A stretch of DNA of 64,000 nt from Cyanobacteria bacterium P01_A01_bin.123 (lineage in GTDB: Bacteria > Cyanobacteriota > Cyanobacteriia > Phormidesmidales > Phormidesmidaceae). The notes under the pieces were generated by a model that searched no databases, was not told where the DNA came from, and worked only from the letters and a program-made list of their open reading frames with translations. Location: positions 182,022 to 246,021 of the forward strand of contig JBCBZT010000004.1 in NCBI GenBank assembly GCA_039815185.1. Direction: 5' to 3'. This document shows, piece after piece, positions 62,062 to 64,000 of this stretch (position 1 is the first letter of the stretch; every line of letters starts with the position of its first letter). The translations under genes were made by a program, and so were the position numbers.

Positions 62062-63084
62062 ATGTCACCAGAAATATTCGACATCGTCATTCCGCTCTAC
62101 CGGATCCGCTGGAATACGCGAGCGGTACTTGAGGGGTTGACGACCCACTATGGGCCTCGATCGATTCACGTGATTGCACCAGCACCCGAGGCGCGATCGC
62201 TAGCAGAACAAGCTAAAGATTGGCAAACCGCACCACTTTATACCCACCCAGAAGAGTCCTTTTTTCACCTGACGAAGGACGAGATCTGTGCCGAACTTGA
62301 TCTGGGCAAGTCGCTCTACACCCCAGGTTGGTTTTACCAGCAGTTGCTAAAGCTTGGTGCCTCTGAAGGGATTGAAGATCTAAGTGAGTGGTACTTGGTT
62401 TGGGATAGTGACTTGCTGCCCGTGGCTACTTGGCCTGTCCTGCTGGAGGAGCAGGCGGGGACAAAGCACATGTTTGCGCTGATTCAACACAACCAATATG
62501 GCAATGCCAAAATTGTGTCGGCTTGGGCTACATGGATTCGGTCGGTGCTGGGGGTAGAGCCCGTCACCGATGCTGAAGGGACGTTTATTCCCCATCACAT
62601 GTGGTTCAAGCGAGAGTCCCTGGACTCGTTTAAGCGTCAGATTAACCGCTACTTCCAATCGGAAGATCACTGGCTGTTATTGATGATGCGATCGGCTAAT
62701 CAGTTTGACACCTTTGGGGAATATTGGTGCTATTCCTCTTGGGTGGCGGCGAAAGCTCCGGATGATCTGGCGTTTTATCCCTACGACCAATACGGGGCCA
62801 CCACTGAACGCTTCTTTGATGACGGCACGGGGTTGTTTTCGGCTGCCCTCAGACGTTATCAGCAGCAATCGACGGGAGTTGAGCCACCGGATGAAAACTT
62901 TGCTCCGCCCTATGGGTTGGTAGAAGCGTTTATTCAAGCCGAATATGGCCCAGAGGCGTTGCCGTCTTCGCTGTCCTTTGAAAGCAGTCCCCGCCATCTC
63001 AAGAAGGATGAGAAGAATATGCATATTGAAGAAAAGCGATCGCGTTGGAATCCTCGTATGGTCGAAGCCTCTGGTGTGAGCTAA
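62062..63084 (+). CDS. DUF6492-like protein (putative GT-A fold, DxD motif)
   Basis: FDIVIP, GWFYQQLLKL, YLVWDSDL, FIPHHMWF, FGEYW.Y. Confidence 0.7.
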   Translation: MSPEIFDIVIPLYRIRWNTRAVLEGLTTHYGPRSIHVIAPAPEARSLAEQAKDWQTAPLYTHPEESFFHLTKDEICAELDLGKSLYTPGWFYQQLLKLGASEGIEDLSEWYLVWDSDLLPVATWPVLLEEQAGTKHMFALIQHNQYGNAKIVSAWATWIRSVLGVEPVTDAEGTFIPHHMWFKRESLDSFKRQINRYFQSEDHWLLLMMRSANQFDTFGEYWCYSSWVAAKAPDDLAFYPYDQYGATTERFFDDGTGLFSAALRRYQQQSTGVEPPDENFAPPYGLVEAFIQAEYGPEALPSSLSFESSPRHLKKDEKNMHIEEKRSRWNPRMVEASGVS

Positions 63085-63087
63085 GGC

Positions 63088-63615
63088 TTGAGCGGTAGGA
63101 TGAGCCAAAGGCGATCGCGCTTTGCTCATCCTACGGTTGATTCTGCGATGTCATTGGAGCAGGTTACGTTACCGCCGAATTGTCAGTTGCGTCGGGCAGC
63201 GGCACGCGATCGCGCCGCCATCTTTAAATTGGTATTAGGCGCATTTCTCGACCCAACGCAGCTCCGCTGGCAGCAGTTTTGGCTGATTACCCACGAAGAC
63301 CGAGTGATTGCCTGCGGGCAACTGCGGCAGTTTGAAGGGGCGCAGGAGTTGGGCAGTGTGGTGGTGGCGTCGGATTGGCGCGGTAAGGGACTGGGGACTT
63401 TTTTGACGGGGCATTTGATTGGGCAGGCGGCGGCACCGCTGTATTTGGAATGTGTGGGGCGGGGGTTGGCTGGGTTTTATCGGCGGTTGGGGTTTGAGGC
63501 TGCAGATTGGGATGCGATGCCATCAGGGATTAAGGGCAAGTTTCGACTATCCCATTGGGCAGCGACAGTGTTGCGGGTGCCAGTTTTTATCTTGAGGTAC
63601 GGGGAGCGCGGTTAG
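63088..63615 (+). CDS. GNAT family N-acetyltransferase
   Basis: ACGQLR...ELGSVVV..DWRGKGLG, FYRRLGF. Confidence 0.9.
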   Translation: MSGRMSQRRSRFAHPTVDSAMSLEQVTLPPNCQLRRAAARDRAAIFKLVLGAFLDPTQLRWQQFWLITHEDRVIACGQLRQFEGAQELGSVVVASDWRGKGLGTFLTGHLIGQAAAPLYLECVGRGLAGFYRRLGFEAADWDAMPSGIKGKFRLSHWAATVLRVPVFILRYGERG

Positions 63616-63679
63616 AAACCGGGTTTCTAGAAGAAGCGTTTGAAAGCGGCTGCGATCGCGCCCAAGAACCCCGGTTTCT
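63614..63679. repeat. AGAAACCGGGTTTCT-type palindromic dispersed repeat pair
   Basis: AGAAACCGGGTTTCT (63614-63628) and AGAACCCCGGTTTCT (63665-63679) flank a HIP1 site between convergent genes. Confidence 0.65.
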
Positions 63680-63680
63680 G

Positions 63681-64000
63681 TCAGTATTTACGGTTCATGG
63701 CTGCTTTGAAGTTTTCCAGGCTCTTGCGGGTGCTTATGGTGTCTGGGTGTTGGGGGCCAAGTAAGCGATCGCGCATCTCTAAAGCCTTCATGAGTAAAGG
63801 CTCCGCTTCCTGAAAACGATCTTGATGGCAGTAGAGCACAGCTAAATTGTTGAGACTGGTGGCCACACCCGGATGCTCATCACCGAGGAGTTTCTGCCAC
63901 AGTTGCAGCGATTGCAGATAGAGCGGTTCGGCTTCGCTGTAGCGCCCCTGCGAGAAGTACAGTCCGCCTAAATTGTTGAGACTGTTGGCCACATCCGGAT
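63681..64000 (-). CDS. C-terminus of a 42-aa TPR (kinesin-light-chain-like) repeat protein, partial
   Basis: SLNNLG.LY..QGRY.EAEPLY..L......LG..HP.VA repeats; the gene runs off the window edge. Confidence 0.9.
   Translation of the reverse strand, partial: PDVANSLNNLGGLYFSQGRYSEAEPLYLQSLQLWQKLLGDEHPGVATSLNNLAVLYCHQDRFQEAEPLLMKALEMRDRLLGPQHPDTISTRKSLENFKAAMNRKY

Noticed and set aside
378..63764. Numerous 60-180-aa ORFs antisense to or overlapping the main genes
   Set aside because: Shadow ORFs of well-supported genes, with no motifs of their own.
63840..64000. 126-bp-period DNA repeat at the window end
   Set aside because: Explained by the 42-aa TPR coding repeats.
1..64000. GCGATCGC abundance as a novel repeat
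   Set aside because: This is the known cyanobacterial HIP1 octamer.

Overview
Cyanobacterial chromosomal DNA (dense HIP1 GCGATCGC octamers, typical cyanobacterial gene families). GC appears to be about 50% by eye, and a non-heterocystous filamentous Leptolyngbya/Nodosilinea-like host is inferred, not shown. The left half is mixed: the 3' end of ubiA, AraC + EamA, a HipA-like kinase, a CHASE2-GGDEF-EAL receptor, chorismate lyase, a TPR-CHAT protease, two GT2s with an HpsU/WcaF-like acetyltransferase, SulP-STAS-cNMP, threonine aldolase, response regulators, an S41 peptidase, a bacterial-type CrtI and several pseudogenes. About 28.6-59.6 kb is a large exopolysaccharide locus (Wza, Wzc, HepC-like, HepA-like ABC, four sulfotransferases, about ten glycosyltransferases, Wzy-like polymerase, acyl/acetyltransferases, GH-A-like hydrolase). 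The right end has a long, divergent sedoheptulose-7-phosphate cyclase (DDGS/MysA-like) followed by a DUF6492-like DxD protein. The best find is a 48-aa ORF missing from the ORF track (8033-8179, minus strand): a signal peptide plus a ~20-aa mature peptide ending PGRQVGGGTR (a DUF928-type motif), 43 bp upstream of the CHASE2 c-di-GMP enzyme. It is a candidate peptide-signal/receptor pair. A 105-bp MITE-like element occurs three times. All family assignments come from motif recognition, not database searches.
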